The notes under the pieces: model-generated
Database searches by the model: none
What the model saw: the letters and a program-made list of their open reading frames with translations, nothing else
Told to the model about the DNA's origin: nothing
DNA from: an uncultured Rothia sp.
Lineage (GTDB): Bacteria; Actinomycetota; Actinomycetes; Actinomycetales; Micrococcaceae
Assembly: GCF_963555405.1 (NCBI RefSeq)
Contig: NZ_CAUVVO010000010.1
Coordinates: 23,213 to 87,212 of the forward strand
Length of the DNA: 64,000 nt
Direction: 5' to 3'
Program-made: the position numbers and the translations under genes
Shown: piece by piece, positions 1 through 8,626 of the stretch
Layout of the letters: each line of letters begins with the position of its first letter
Numbering within the stretch: the first letter of the stretch is position 1

Positions 1-15
1 CGTATGCGTCATATT

Positions 16-759
16 TTATTTGTGGGTTCCGACGACCTGGTACCCGGAAGTATGAAAATCTCGAATCATTGAATATACCGTCCTCCTGTCAAGGATGGTG
101 GTGGGTTTAGCGGTCTTGAGATTATCCGGTTCGTTTTCGTTAACGGGTACCTTGGGGTACGGAGCGATAGCTACGGTGTACCAGGAAGTTTCTTTCCAGA
201 AAGGTTTTCCGATGGGGGTAATATCTTTAGCTGCGTAGTTGTAATGTTCCCATGTGCGGTACCACAGCTTTTGTGGGCTGCCGGCAGCACGGTAGAGGAA
301 AGCGATGACGGTGCTGGTAGTTGCACGATCATCGGGATGGAACTTGCCATCAGACCAACCATTTGTAATTCCCTCACGTGATGCCCAGATAGCAAGAGGG
401 TAGGTGGGCTCATAGGTCTCCACGTCTGCGTAGGGGGATACTGCGGGTAGGTTTTTGACTTCAGGGTATCCTGCTAGACGGTATAAAGCAGCGATAACGT
501 CCATTCTGCTGGCAGAACTATTGGGAATTTCGTAAACGTTTGTAGAAATCAAGCCATTACAATATGCCCAGATATCTGCTATCTGGCCGCGTCCGTATTG
601 CTTATCCAGGAGACAGTCACTAACTGCGCCAGTATAAAATTTACTGGGGTTGCGGTAGAGGTTGTTCCCTTCCGCATGTGCGGGGAGGGGTGCCAGCATC
701 AAGGATGCGGCAACGCCTGCTACCCCCAATGCTTTGAGGGGGCGAGGGAGGGGGGTCAT
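16..759 (-). CDS. secreted SLH-like (S-layer-homology-type) domain protein, paralog A
   Basis: ORF 16..795. The internal ATG at 759 is preceded by GGAGAG and gives the signal peptide MTPLPRPLKALGVAGVAASLMLAPLPAHA. The core LYRLAGYPEVKNLP..SPYADV..YPLAIWASREGITNGWSDGKFHPDD..FLYRAAGSP resembles the SLH consensus. Paralogous to 4504..5322 and 21735..22565. Confidence 0.6.
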   Translation of the reverse strand: MTPLPRPLKALGVAGVAASLMLAPLPAHAEGNNLYRNPSKFYTGAVSDCLLDKQYGRGQIADIWAYCNGLISTNVYEIPNSSASRMDVIAALYRLAGYPEVKNLPAVSPYADVETYEPTYPLAIWASREGITNGWSDGKFHPDDRATTSTVIAFLYRAAGSPQKLWYRTWEHYNYAAKDITPIGKPFWKETSWYTVAIAPYPKVPVNENEPDNLKTAKPTTILDRRTVYSMIRDFHTSGYQVVGTHK

Positions 760-1076
760 GTTACTCTCCAGAAATCGGTGATGTGAGAACGACATGTTGA
801 GTGAATCAGCTAAATACTAGCACCACATTAAGGAATCTGAATCCCGTTGCATGTAGGCAATGTGTCACCTGCATCTTTGCCTGTCAGAGATTAAAAGGTG
901 AAAGTATAATCCTCACCTTTAAGATTTATAAAAAATAACCCTCATGTAGAAGATGATATGAATTTATATCTAAGTGCATAAATACCCCATTGATTTCTCG
1001 GATATTGCCGTAAACTACCCATATAAGCTGCTGACTAGCAGATATATTCACTCACTACTTCTTGAATTGAGGATTC

Positions 1077-2420
1077 ATGGCCTCTGAGAAAACAAGCCCT
1101 ATGGCGGTTAATGCTCTTAACTATGATGCTGACCCTACGGGGACTAAAGACTCTACCGCCGCTATTCAAAAAGCTATTAATGAAGTAGCCGCACGAGGCG
1201 GTGGCTCAGTGGAGATTCCCGGTGGCATTTATCGTGTCACCTACCCCTTCATTGAGTTGAAGCATCGTGTAGAGGTGTTTGGGCACGGTCAGGCAACCCG
1301 CATTATTGCCACGGGTGAGAAAACCGTTGAATTTACAACTGGGGTTTTCCACACGGGAACATATAGCGTACCCATGACAAACCCAAATGAAGGTGAAAAC
1401 AAACCTATGCGTATGGGTGTTCGAGACTTATTTATCCGTACAAACCCGTCTAATCTGTCTCTCTCAGACCCTAATGGATCATTCTGGAAGGAGCTTCATA
1501 CGACTCCTCTTATGCCCAAGGTCGTGGGAGTCCTGTTTCATACTGAGATGCCAGATAAATCCTCAAATGAACCTGATGCTGTTCCTTTACTTTCTAACGT
1601 TGAAATCTGGGGTACTGATATTGGAGTAGCTATTCTCGGAAAAGACGACCAAGGTATGAAGGTGCACAATCTCCGTATCCGAAAGGCCCTCCGTCAAGGT
1701 TTACTAGTCGGCAAGCCTGTTGGTCATCCGTTGCGAAAGTCTAAAGACCAGAACGCTGATGGTGCAGACAATAAGTTCTCCATGATTGACGTCTCTGGGA
1801 CAAATCAGTCCGGTGGTGTATACGCTGGCATTGAGGTGTACGCTTCCCAAACGAAATTTGAACTCTCCAGCAGCTGGTATAACCACCGCACCCTTCCTAA
1901 AAGCACTATCTATTCTCCTGAGAATGCTCATGCTGGTGCCGGGTGGCTCAACCGTGGCGAACGAAACATGTACATTGGTTGCACCGCCCAGGAAAATGGG
2001 GGCCACGGCTGGGTTCTGCGTCTCGGTAAAAGCCAGTTCATCGGCTGTCTAGGTGAGTCCTCCAGCTTTGAAGGAACTTTGATAGAAGGTCGTCAAGCAA
2101 AACCGATGGAGGCCGCAAATTGGTACATTATGAAGTGGGCAACAGGTTTACGGCTTGTAGCTCCACGTTCACATAACCCTAAAGACAATCTTAAAGCTTC
2201 ACTGTATGGGTTTTATATTGAGGGTGGAACGAACGACCTGCAAATTATTGGTGGCTCAGTCATTGACGAGCGAATGAGCGAGAGCAACCTGAAGAATCGT
2301 AGGGTCTGTGCGGCTGGACCCCTTGGCAACCAAGTCATCTTGCAGATTGATGCGCTACAGTACCAAAAATTTACTACTGAAACCCTTAAAGAACTCCCTG
2401 GTGGTACCTGGGTCTACTAA
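1077..2420 (+). CDS. right-handed beta-helix protein, pectate-lyase-3 / tailspike-like glycanase family (paralog A), no signal peptide
   Basis: The N-terminus VNALNYDADPTGTKDSTAAIQKAINEVAARGGGSVEIPGGIYRV is the typical Pectate_lyase_3 start. GAGGA SD lies before the ATG. Paralogs at 2792..4120 and 20237..21640. Confidence 0.7.
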   Translation: MASEKTSPMAVNALNYDADPTGTKDSTAAIQKAINEVAARGGGSVEIPGGIYRVTYPFIELKHRVEVFGHGQATRIIATGEKTVEFTTGVFHTGTYSVPMTNPNEGENKPMRMGVRDLFIRTNPSNLSLSDPNGSFWKELHTTPLMPKVVGVLFHTEMPDKSSNEPDAVPLLSNVEIWGTDIGVAILGKDDQGMKVHNLRIRKALRQGLLVGKPVGHPLRKSKDQNADGADNKFSMIDVSGTNQSGGVYAGIEVYASQTKFELSSSWYNHRTLPKSTIYSPENAHAGAGWLNRGERNMYIGCTAQENGGHGWVLRLGKSQFIGCLGESSSFEGTLIEGRQAKPMEAANWYIMKWATGLRLVAPRSHNPKDNLKASLYGFYIEGGTNDLQIIGGSVIDERMSESNLKNRRVCAAGPLGNQVILQIDALQYQKFTTETLKELPGGTWVY

Positions 2421-2442
2421 TTTACAAAATATTTAAACGTTT

Positions 2443-2470
2443 GAGGGGCGGGGAGTAATCCCCGCCCCTC
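2443..2470 (+). terminator. hairpin terminator after beta-helix gene A
   Basis: gaggggcgggg-agtaat-ccccgcccctc, a perfect 11-bp stem. The base-composition switch from AT-richer to GC-rich occurs here. Confidence 0.6.
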
Positions 2471-2791
2471 GGCGTTTAACACCCCGCACGATGCGGCGGC
2501 AGAGGGCGCTGGCGAGAGCCGCGTGAGGCGGCAGGGGAGCGGGCATCACAGCGCCCGGTCATCGCCTCCACACGCGCAATGCGGTACCCTTGAGCAGGAG
2601 GCAGGTCTGCCGGTGCACAGACCCACACACGCCAACACATCCGCAGAAATGCGCCCAACACACCGCACCACACAAACTCAACACTGCACCCACGCAGCAC
2701 CGTATTCACTTACAGCCGTATTCACTCAATTCACTCACCCGCGCCGCCTTCAGCACCGAACGCGGTACCCATCGAAAGAATTGAGCCCATC

Positions 2792-4120
2792 ATGCCCGAT
2801 ACGCCCATGAGCATCAACGCCATCAACTACGGCGCAGACCCCACCGGTGCCAAAGACTCCACCGCAGCCATCCAGCGAGCAGTCGACGACGTCGCCGCAC
2901 GCGGCGGCGGATCCGTAGAACTGCCCCGCGGCATCTACCGCGTCTCTTACCCCTTCATCGACATCAAACACCGCGTCGAAATCTTCGGCTACGGCTCCTC
3001 AACCGTCGTCATCGCGCACTCCGACCGCGCCATCCCCACCACCACCAACGGCCACACCGAATACACCGGCGTGTTCCACGTCGGCAGCTACACCACCCCC
3101 GTCTACGGCAGCTACAACGCCAACAAGCCCATGCGCATGGGCGTGCGCAACCTGCACATCCGCACCAATGCCGCCAATACCCCCATCAGCAGCTACTCGC
3201 TGGATGCACACACCGCCCCGCTGAACAACGTCGCCGGCGTCATCTTCCACACCCACCTGACCGGCGACCTGCTCAACGAACCGGACATCGTGCCCGTTAT
3301 TGCCGGCGTGGAAGTCTGGGACACCGCCATCGGCGTTGCTGTGCTCGGCCTGGACGACCAGGGCATGAAAATTGACGACGTGACCATCCGCCGCACCCTC
3401 AACCAGGGTCTGCTGCTCGGCAAGCCCGCCGGCCACCCCCGCCGCCCCAACGAAGGCCAAAACTCCGGCGCGGCAGACAACAAGCTGCGCGGCGTAGACG
3501 TTGCCGAAGCGAACCTCAGCGGCGGCTCCTACGCCGGTATCGAGGTGTACGCGGCGCAGGCGAAGTTCGAGAACTGCTCCAGCAACAGCAACCACCGCAC
3601 CAGCAACAAGAACGCCCTCTACGAGCCCGCCACCCGCCACGCCGGTGCAGGCTGGATCGTGCAGGGTGAACGCAACATGTTCATCGGCTGCACCGCACGC
3701 TCGAACGCGGGCCACGGCTGGATTGTCGAGTGGGCGCACAACATCTTCGTCGGCTGCGAAGCGGAAGGCTCCAGCTGGGCTGGCACCGTCAGCGGTGCCG
3801 CCGGTGCCGACGAGGCCGCCAACTGGTACATCAGTCGCAACGCGCGCGGTACCCGCATGGTTGCGCCCGTCTCCTACAACCCGCCGGAGAAGCCCGCCTC
3901 CCTGTACGGCTTCTACATTGAAAACAAGATTTACGACCTGCGCATCACCGAAGGCACCGCCAAGGATGACCGCATCGGTGAGGGCAATATGCTCGGCCGC
4001 CGCGTGTACATTACCGGCGCAATCGGTGCGAACGTGGTCATTGAGGTTGAGGAGTTGCGCCACTCCACCTCGCCCGCCGGTCAGCTCACCAAGGAAGCCT
4101 ACAACGTGATGCGCGGTTAG
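2792..4120 (+). CDS. right-handed beta-helix protein, pectate-lyase-3-like (paralog B), no signal peptide
   Basis: MSINAINYGADPTGAKDSTAAIQRAVDDVAARGGGSVELPRGIYRV. By hand alignment, 50 of the first 70 aligned residues are identical to paralog A. GC-rich codon usage. Confidence 0.7.
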   Translation: MPDTPMSINAINYGADPTGAKDSTAAIQRAVDDVAARGGGSVELPRGIYRVSYPFIDIKHRVEIFGYGSSTVVIAHSDRAIPTTTNGHTEYTGVFHVGSYTTPVYGSYNANKPMRMGVRNLHIRTNAANTPISSYSLDAHTAPLNNVAGVIFHTHLTGDLLNEPDIVPVIAGVEVWDTAIGVAVLGLDDQGMKIDDVTIRRTLNQGLLLGKPAGHPRRPNEGQNSGAADNKLRGVDVAEANLSGGSYAGIEVYAAQAKFENCSSNSNHRTSNKNALYEPATRHAGAGWIVQGERNMFIGCTARSNAGHGWIVEWAHNIFVGCEAEGSSWAGTVSGAAGADEAANWYISRNARGTRMVAPVSYNPPEKPASLYGFYIENKIYDLRITEGTAKDDRIGEGNMLGRRVYITGAIGANVVIEVEELRHSTSPAGQLTKEAYNVMRG

Positions 4121-4238
4121 CGGAGGCTGACGGAGGCTAGCAGACACGCCCGAACCGGTTCGGGACTTTCCTGTGAATCGCGGGGGAGGTGCGTGTGCCC
4201 AAGTGGGCGCGTTATGCCGCCACATATCGGCTAAGAAT

Positions 4239-4282
4239 CAGGGCAGCTGCGAATGGAATACATACCATTCGCAGCTGCCCTG
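4239..4282 (+). terminator. 18-bp perfect-stem hairpin after beta-helix gene B
   Basis: cagggcagctgcgaatgg-aatacata-ccattcgcagctgccctg. Confidence 0.6.
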
Positions 4283-4503
4283 TCCATTTAAACAACATTT
4301 ATGGCGCGGTTGATATAAGTCTCAATTAAATATTGAATAAAATATGAAGAGATACTTTAGACTTTCTAAAGGCGGCAACAAACAGTCCATATCACTGCAC
4401 GCCAACCCCCTTTTCCTATTCGCTCCATTTGGCGACCCCGCGGTCGACCCAAAAATCGGTTCCTTCCGGCCGGTTCCCAACCACAATTACATAAGGACAG
4501 CCC

Positions 4504-5322
4504 ATGCTTCCGGTTATCTCCCGAGTCCTCACGCCCACCACTCGCGCACGCCGCGTCTTTGCCCTCACCCTCGCACTCGCCCTCGGCGCCGTACCCGTCA
4601 CCGCCGCAGTGAATGCACAACCCGCCGCCCATGCCGCTAACGCCGCAGAACCCGCAGCCAACCTGCAGCTCGTCGTCAAGGCACAGCAGCCCAAGGACGA
4701 CCCCAGCTACGCCGAATGCGTCGCCACCTTCCTCGGCACCATGAGTGCCACCCCCGGCGTGTGGGCAGTCTGCCACGGCTACCTCGACAGCGAAGAGTAC
4801 ACCGTCACCCGCCGCCACAGCACCGCAACCGTCACCCGCGGCCAGCTCGTGCGCATGCTCTACCGCATGGCGGGTTCCCCGACCGTCAAGGACCTGCCCA
4901 AGACCTCCCCCTACAAGGATGTGGCAACCACCGACCCCGGCTACGCCGCCTACATTTGGGCAGCGGACGCGGGCATCACCTCCGGCTGGGATGACGGGCT
5001 CTTCCATGCGGACGAGTACGCCACCCGCCACACCCTCGCCGCGTTCCTGTACCGTGCCGCCGGTAGCCCCGACGGTGCCGCACAGTTGCGCCAGATCCGC
5101 CGTCCACTACGTGCCGAAGCCAAGAAGGCTGAGCAGTTCAAGACCGAAAACCGCTGGGCAGCCCGCACGCTCGGCACCTACCCCGAAGTGGACCGCGACG
5201 GTGACGGCGCGGCAGACGTGGTGGACCCCGCCAGCCCCCTGTACTTCTCCGATGCCCTGTACATGCTCAAGGCGTACGGCGATAAGGGTCTGAAGGTTGT
5301 GGGCACTCCCGCTGTTGACTAG
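4504..5322 (+). CDS. secreted SLH-like domain protein, paralog B
   Basis: AAGGA SD. Signal-like N-terminus RRVFALTLALALGAVPVTAAVNA. Core LYRMAGSPTVKDLPKTSPYKDV..YAAYIWAADAGITSGWDDGLFHADE..FLYRAAGSP. Confidence 0.6.
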   Translation: MLPVISRVLTPTTRARRVFALTLALALGAVPVTAAVNAQPAAHAANAAEPAANLQLVVKAQQPKDDPSYAECVATFLGTMSATPGVWAVCHGYLDSEEYTVTRRHSTATVTRGQLVRMLYRMAGSPTVKDLPKTSPYKDVATTDPGYAAYIWAADAGITSGWDDGLFHADEYATRHTLAAFLYRAAGSPDGAAQLRQIRRPLRAEAKKAEQFKTENRWAARTLGTYPEVDRDGDGAADVVDPASPLYFSDALYMLKAYGDKGLKVVGTPAVD

Positions 5323-5535
5323 GAGTAATACCGACCAGCTCAGCGCTAACTAGATTCAGCGCTGACTAGCGCATATATTCACCGCCTGCCGGTGCGACCC
5401 AATGGGTTGCGCAGGCGGGCGGTGCTCTGTTCCGGGTGCTGTGCTGTTCTGGCAGGTTGCGAGCGTCCGTGCTCGCCGCGTAATCGCCTCCGTGCAATGA
5501 AAGGCGCCTGCGCTGCACCCGCTAAGCTAGAAGGC

Positions 5536-6336
5536 ATGAAGATTGCCACCTGGAACATCAACTCAATCCGCGCCCGCGAGAACCGCGTCGAAGACTGGCT
5601 CGACGAACACGACGTTGACGTGCTCGCCCTGCAAGAAACCAAAACCAAGGACGAAACCTTCCCCTTCGACCTTTTCGAATTCATGGGCTACGAGGTTGCG
5701 CACTTTGGCCTGAATCAGTGGAATGGCGTGGCAATCGCCTCCCGAGTTGGCCTCGAAGACGTGCAGCGCGGCTTCGATAACCAGCCGCACTTCGGCAAGC
5801 CCGGCGAACCCGAGGTGCTGGAGGCGCGCGCTATCGGTGCGACCTGCGGCGGCGTGCGCGTCTGGAGCCTCTACGTGCCCAACGGCCGCGGCCTGACCGA
5901 CCCGCATATGGACTATAAGCTCCACTGGATGGAGGCGCTGTGCCAGAACGTGCACAACGAACTGGCTGCTAACCCGCAGTCGCAGCTTGCCCTGGTCGGT
6001 GACTGGAACGTCGCCCCCGAGGATGCCGACGTGTGGGATATAGACTACTTCCTGCGCAACGAAATGACCCACGTTTCCGAACCCGAACGCCGCGCCTTCG
6101 CCGCCCTACTCGAAGAGGGCATGGTGGACGTAGTACGCCCGCACACTCCGGGCGAGTACACCTACTGGGACTACCAGGCGGGCCGCTTCACCAAGGATGA
6201 GGGCATGCGCATTGACTTTCAGCTGTTCTCGCCCGCGCTCGCCGCACGCGTGGAACGTGCCTGGATCGATAAGGTGGAACGCGCCGGTGAAGGCGCAAGC
6301 GACCACACGCCGGTCGTGGTTGAGATTGCCGACTAA
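5536..6336 (+). CDS. xthA: exodeoxyribonuclease III
   Basis: MKIATWNINSIRARENRVEDWLDEHDVDVLALQETK and C-terminal SDHTPVVVE are ExoIII/AP-endonuclease hallmarks. The track ORF 5392..6336 has an implausible N-terminal extension. Confidence 0.85.
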   Translation: MKIATWNINSIRARENRVEDWLDEHDVDVLALQETKTKDETFPFDLFEFMGYEVAHFGLNQWNGVAIASRVGLEDVQRGFDNQPHFGKPGEPEVLEARAIGATCGGVRVWSLYVPNGRGLTDPHMDYKLHWMEALCQNVHNELAANPQSQLALVGDWNVAPEDADVWDIDYFLRNEMTHVSEPERRAFAALLEEGMVDVVRPHTPGEYTYWDYQAGRFTKDEGMRIDFQLFSPALAARVERAWIDKVERAGEGASDHTPVVVEIAD

Positions 6337-6372
6337 TCCGAGCGTATAGCTTGCCGTAGAACCGCGTGCAGT

Positions 6373-6403
6373 AAGGAGGCGGGGGAGGGGTCCCCGCCTC
6401 CTT
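6373..6403 (+). terminator. xthA terminator hairpin
   Basis: aaggaggcgggg-gaggggt-ccccgcctcctt, a 12-bp stem. Confidence 0.6.
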
Positions 6404-6491
6404 GCTGTATATGCCGGTGCTTCTGTCCTGTGTTTCTGCGCGCCTGCTCCTGGGTTTCTGCCAATATTTCAAGGTTTTCTGTGTGGCTTAG

Positions 6492-6520
6492 TTGAAAAGT
6501 TCGGCTAGCCGAACTATTGT
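6492..6520 (+). promoter_or_regulatory. promoter with embedded 18-bp perfect palindrome (candidate DtxR/MntR-family operator) for the metal ABC operon
   Basis: TTGAAA (6492-6497), 17-nt spacer, TATTGT (6515-6520). AGTTCGGCTAGCCGAACT (6498-6515) is a perfect palindrome filling the spacer. A DtxR-family repressor gene lies at 9640..10371. Confidence 0.5.
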
Positions 6521-6658
6521 TAAATTCCGCCCGGGACGACAGGCAAAAGCGCATTATGATGCCTGCGCAGACACCACCGTGTCCCTAGCGTCCCGGCGCG
6601 GTACATCCCACACATCAACCACATACTTAAACCCGTGACTTCCAATGAAGGATGCCTC

Positions 6659-7621
6659 ATGAACGCTTTCACCCCCGCAGGCAGCAACGCACGCCGCCTC
6701 GTCCAGGCGCTCTGCGCCGCCCTCGCACTCACCCTGCTACTCGTGCTCACCGGCTGCGGTAGCACCTCCAGCACCACCGAAGGCGCTAAGAGCAGCAGCG
6801 GTAAGAAGACCGTGCTCACCACCTTCACCGTGCTCGCAGACATCGCCCGCAACGTGGCAGGCGACGACCTGAACGTCGAATCCCTCACCAAGCCCGGCGC
6901 AGAGATCCACGAGTACGAGCCCACTCCCTCCGACCTGAAGAAGGCGCACGCCGCTGACCTGGTGCTCGACAACGGCCTGAACCTCGAATCCTGGTTCGCG
7001 AAGTTCGTTGAAGAATCCCACGCTAAGCACGTGACCGTCTCCGAGGGGGTCACGCCCATCTCCATTACCGAGGACGCCTACGCGGGCAAGCCCAACCCCC
7101 ACGCCTGGATGAGCCCCAGCAACGTGCAAAAGTACGTGGACGTGATGATTCGCGAATTTAGCGCCCTCGACCCGGCCCACGCCGCCGACTACAAGACCCG
7201 CGGCGAAGCCTACAAGAAGCAGCTACAGGGCGTGCGTGACGAGCTCGTCAAGGAAATCTCCACCCTGCCCGAGAACCAGCGCGCACTCGTCACCTGCGAA
7301 GGCGCCTTCTCCTACCTGGCGGCAGATGCGGGCCTGAAGGAAAAGTACATTTGGGCGGTCAACTCCGAACAGCAGGCGACCCCCTCGCAGATTTCCTCCG
7401 CGATCGACTACGTGCGCGAGAACCAGGTGCCCGCCGTGTTCTGTGAATCCACCGTCTCTGACAACCCGATGCGCCAGGTCGCAGACGCCACCGGCGCACG
7501 ATTCGGCGGCGTGCTCTACGTGGACTCGCTCTCCGAGGCGAACGGCCCCGTGCCCACCTACCTGGACATGATCCGATACGACGCACGCACCATCGTTGCG
7601 GGCCTCAAGGGCAACTCCTAA
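6659..7621 (+). CDS. metal (Mn/Zn-type) ABC transporter substrate-binding lipoprotein (TroA/ZnuA/MntC-like)
   Basis: Lipobox LLLVLTGCGS. AEIHEYEPTPSD and NPHAWMSP motifs are typical of cluster-9 metal SBPs. The ATG at 6659 follows GAAGGA. Confidence 0.8.
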   Translation: MNAFTPAGSNARRLVQALCAALALTLLLVLTGCGSTSSTTEGAKSSSGKKTVLTTFTVLADIARNVAGDDLNVESLTKPGAEIHEYEPTPSDLKKAHAADLVLDNGLNLESWFAKFVEESHAKHVTVSEGVTPISITEDAYAGKPNPHAWMSPSNVQKYVDVMIREFSALDPAHAADYKTRGEAYKKQLQGVRDELVKEISTLPENQRALVTCEGAFSYLAADAGLKEKYIWAVNSEQQATPSQISSAIDYVRENQVPAVFCESTVSDNPMRQVADATGARFGGVLYVDSLSEANGPVPTYLDMIRYDARTIVAGLKGNS

Positions 7622-7804
7622 ACCCGGCATAAACCCGGGCTAAACCAGGGTCAAATCCGACCTCGAAAACCCCGGGTAAACCCCAAACCCCCGATAGGAT
7701 AGGAGGGGCGGTCGACTTCATGGCTCCGCTCCTCCCACGCCGTTAACACCCACTCACACAAGCAACTCATCAACACACCGAAGAAACCCCGAAAGAGCCA
7801 CCGA

Positions 7805-8626
7805 ATGTCACTTCTCACCTGCGATAACGTGCACGTGAACTACGGGCCAGTCCGCGCCCTCACTGGCGCATCCTTCACCCTGGACACCGGGCGTATCTGC
7901 GGCCTGATCGGCATGAACGGCTCCGGCAAATCCACCCTCTTCAAAGCCATCATGGGGGTCGTGCCCATGCACGCCGGCAGCATCACCCTCGACGGGCAGC
8001 CCGTCGGCGGTAACCATGGCAGCCGCGGCAAGAACGCACACCACCACCGCGCTGGACTCGTCAGCTACGTGCCGCAGAGCGAAGAAATCGACTGGACCTT
8101 CCCCATCTCCGTGCGTGAGGTCGTCAGCATGGGACGCTACCGCAACCTCGGCATCACCCGCCGTCTGCGTGCCGCAGACCGTGCCGCCGTGGATGAGGCG
8201 CTCGCCCGCGTGGAACTGACCGACCTTGCCGACCGTCAGATTGGGGCGCTTTCGGGCGGTCAGCGTAAGCGCGCCTTCGTGGCACGCGCTATCGCTCAGG
8301 GCGCCCAGCTGCTGCTGCTGGATGAGCCTTTCGCCGGCGTGGACAAGCGTAGCGAAGCGATGCTCATTCAGGTCATCGAACAGCTGCGTGACGAGGGCGC
8401 GACCGTGCTGGTTTCCACGCACGACTTGGCGAGCCTGCGCCAGTTCGCCGACGAGGCGCTACTGCTACGCGGCGATATTCTGATGCACGACACCCCCGAG
8501 AAGGTGCTCGCCCCCGAGAACCTGGTGCGCGCCTTCGGCATGGAAGTGGACGCCGGCGCGTCGGTCGCTACCGGCGCTGCTACCTCCGGCACTACTACGA
8601 TCAGCTCTGTGGAAGGGAAGAACTAA
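7805..8626 (+). CDS. metal ABC transporter ATP-binding protein
   Basis: Walker A GMNGSGKST, signature LSGGQRKR, Walker B LLLLDEP. Confidence 0.85.
   Translation: MSLLTCDNVHVNYGPVRALTGASFTLDTGRICGLIGMNGSGKSTLFKAIMGVVPMHAGSITLDGQPVGGNHGSRGKNAHHHRAGLVSYVPQSEEIDWTFPISVREVVSMGRYRNLGITRRLRAADRAAVDEALARVELTDLADRQIGALSGGQRKRAFVARAIAQGAQLLLLDEPFAGVDKRSEAMLIQVIEQLRDEGATVLVSTHDLASLRQFADEALLLRGDILMHDTPEKVLAPENLVRAFGMEVDAGASVATGAATSGTTTISSVEGKN

Noticed and set aside
4344-4640. 98-aa ORF spanning the promoter region and start of SLH-like gene B.
   Set aside because: It begins in an AT-rich promoter-like region and runs out of frame into the well-supported 4504..5322 gene. The translation is low-complexity Arg/Pro/His.
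5339-5371. Short direct repeat tcagcgct(a/g)actag x2 after SLH-like gene B. A similar ccagctcagc(t/c)a repeat occurs at 36395..36430.
   Set aside because: They are only two short imperfect copies each, with no associated structure or gene context. They are probably chance or local slippage.
5392-5535. N-terminal 48-aa extension of xthA in the ORF track. Similar extensions occur for 50023..51720, 16427..18061, 20171.., 31109.., 33641.., 45846.., 55495..56160 and 56509..57345.
   Set aside because: The extensions are Arg/Cys/Pro-rich or lack family similarity. Internal Met/GTG codons align with the conserved N-termini of the families and usually have a better SD.
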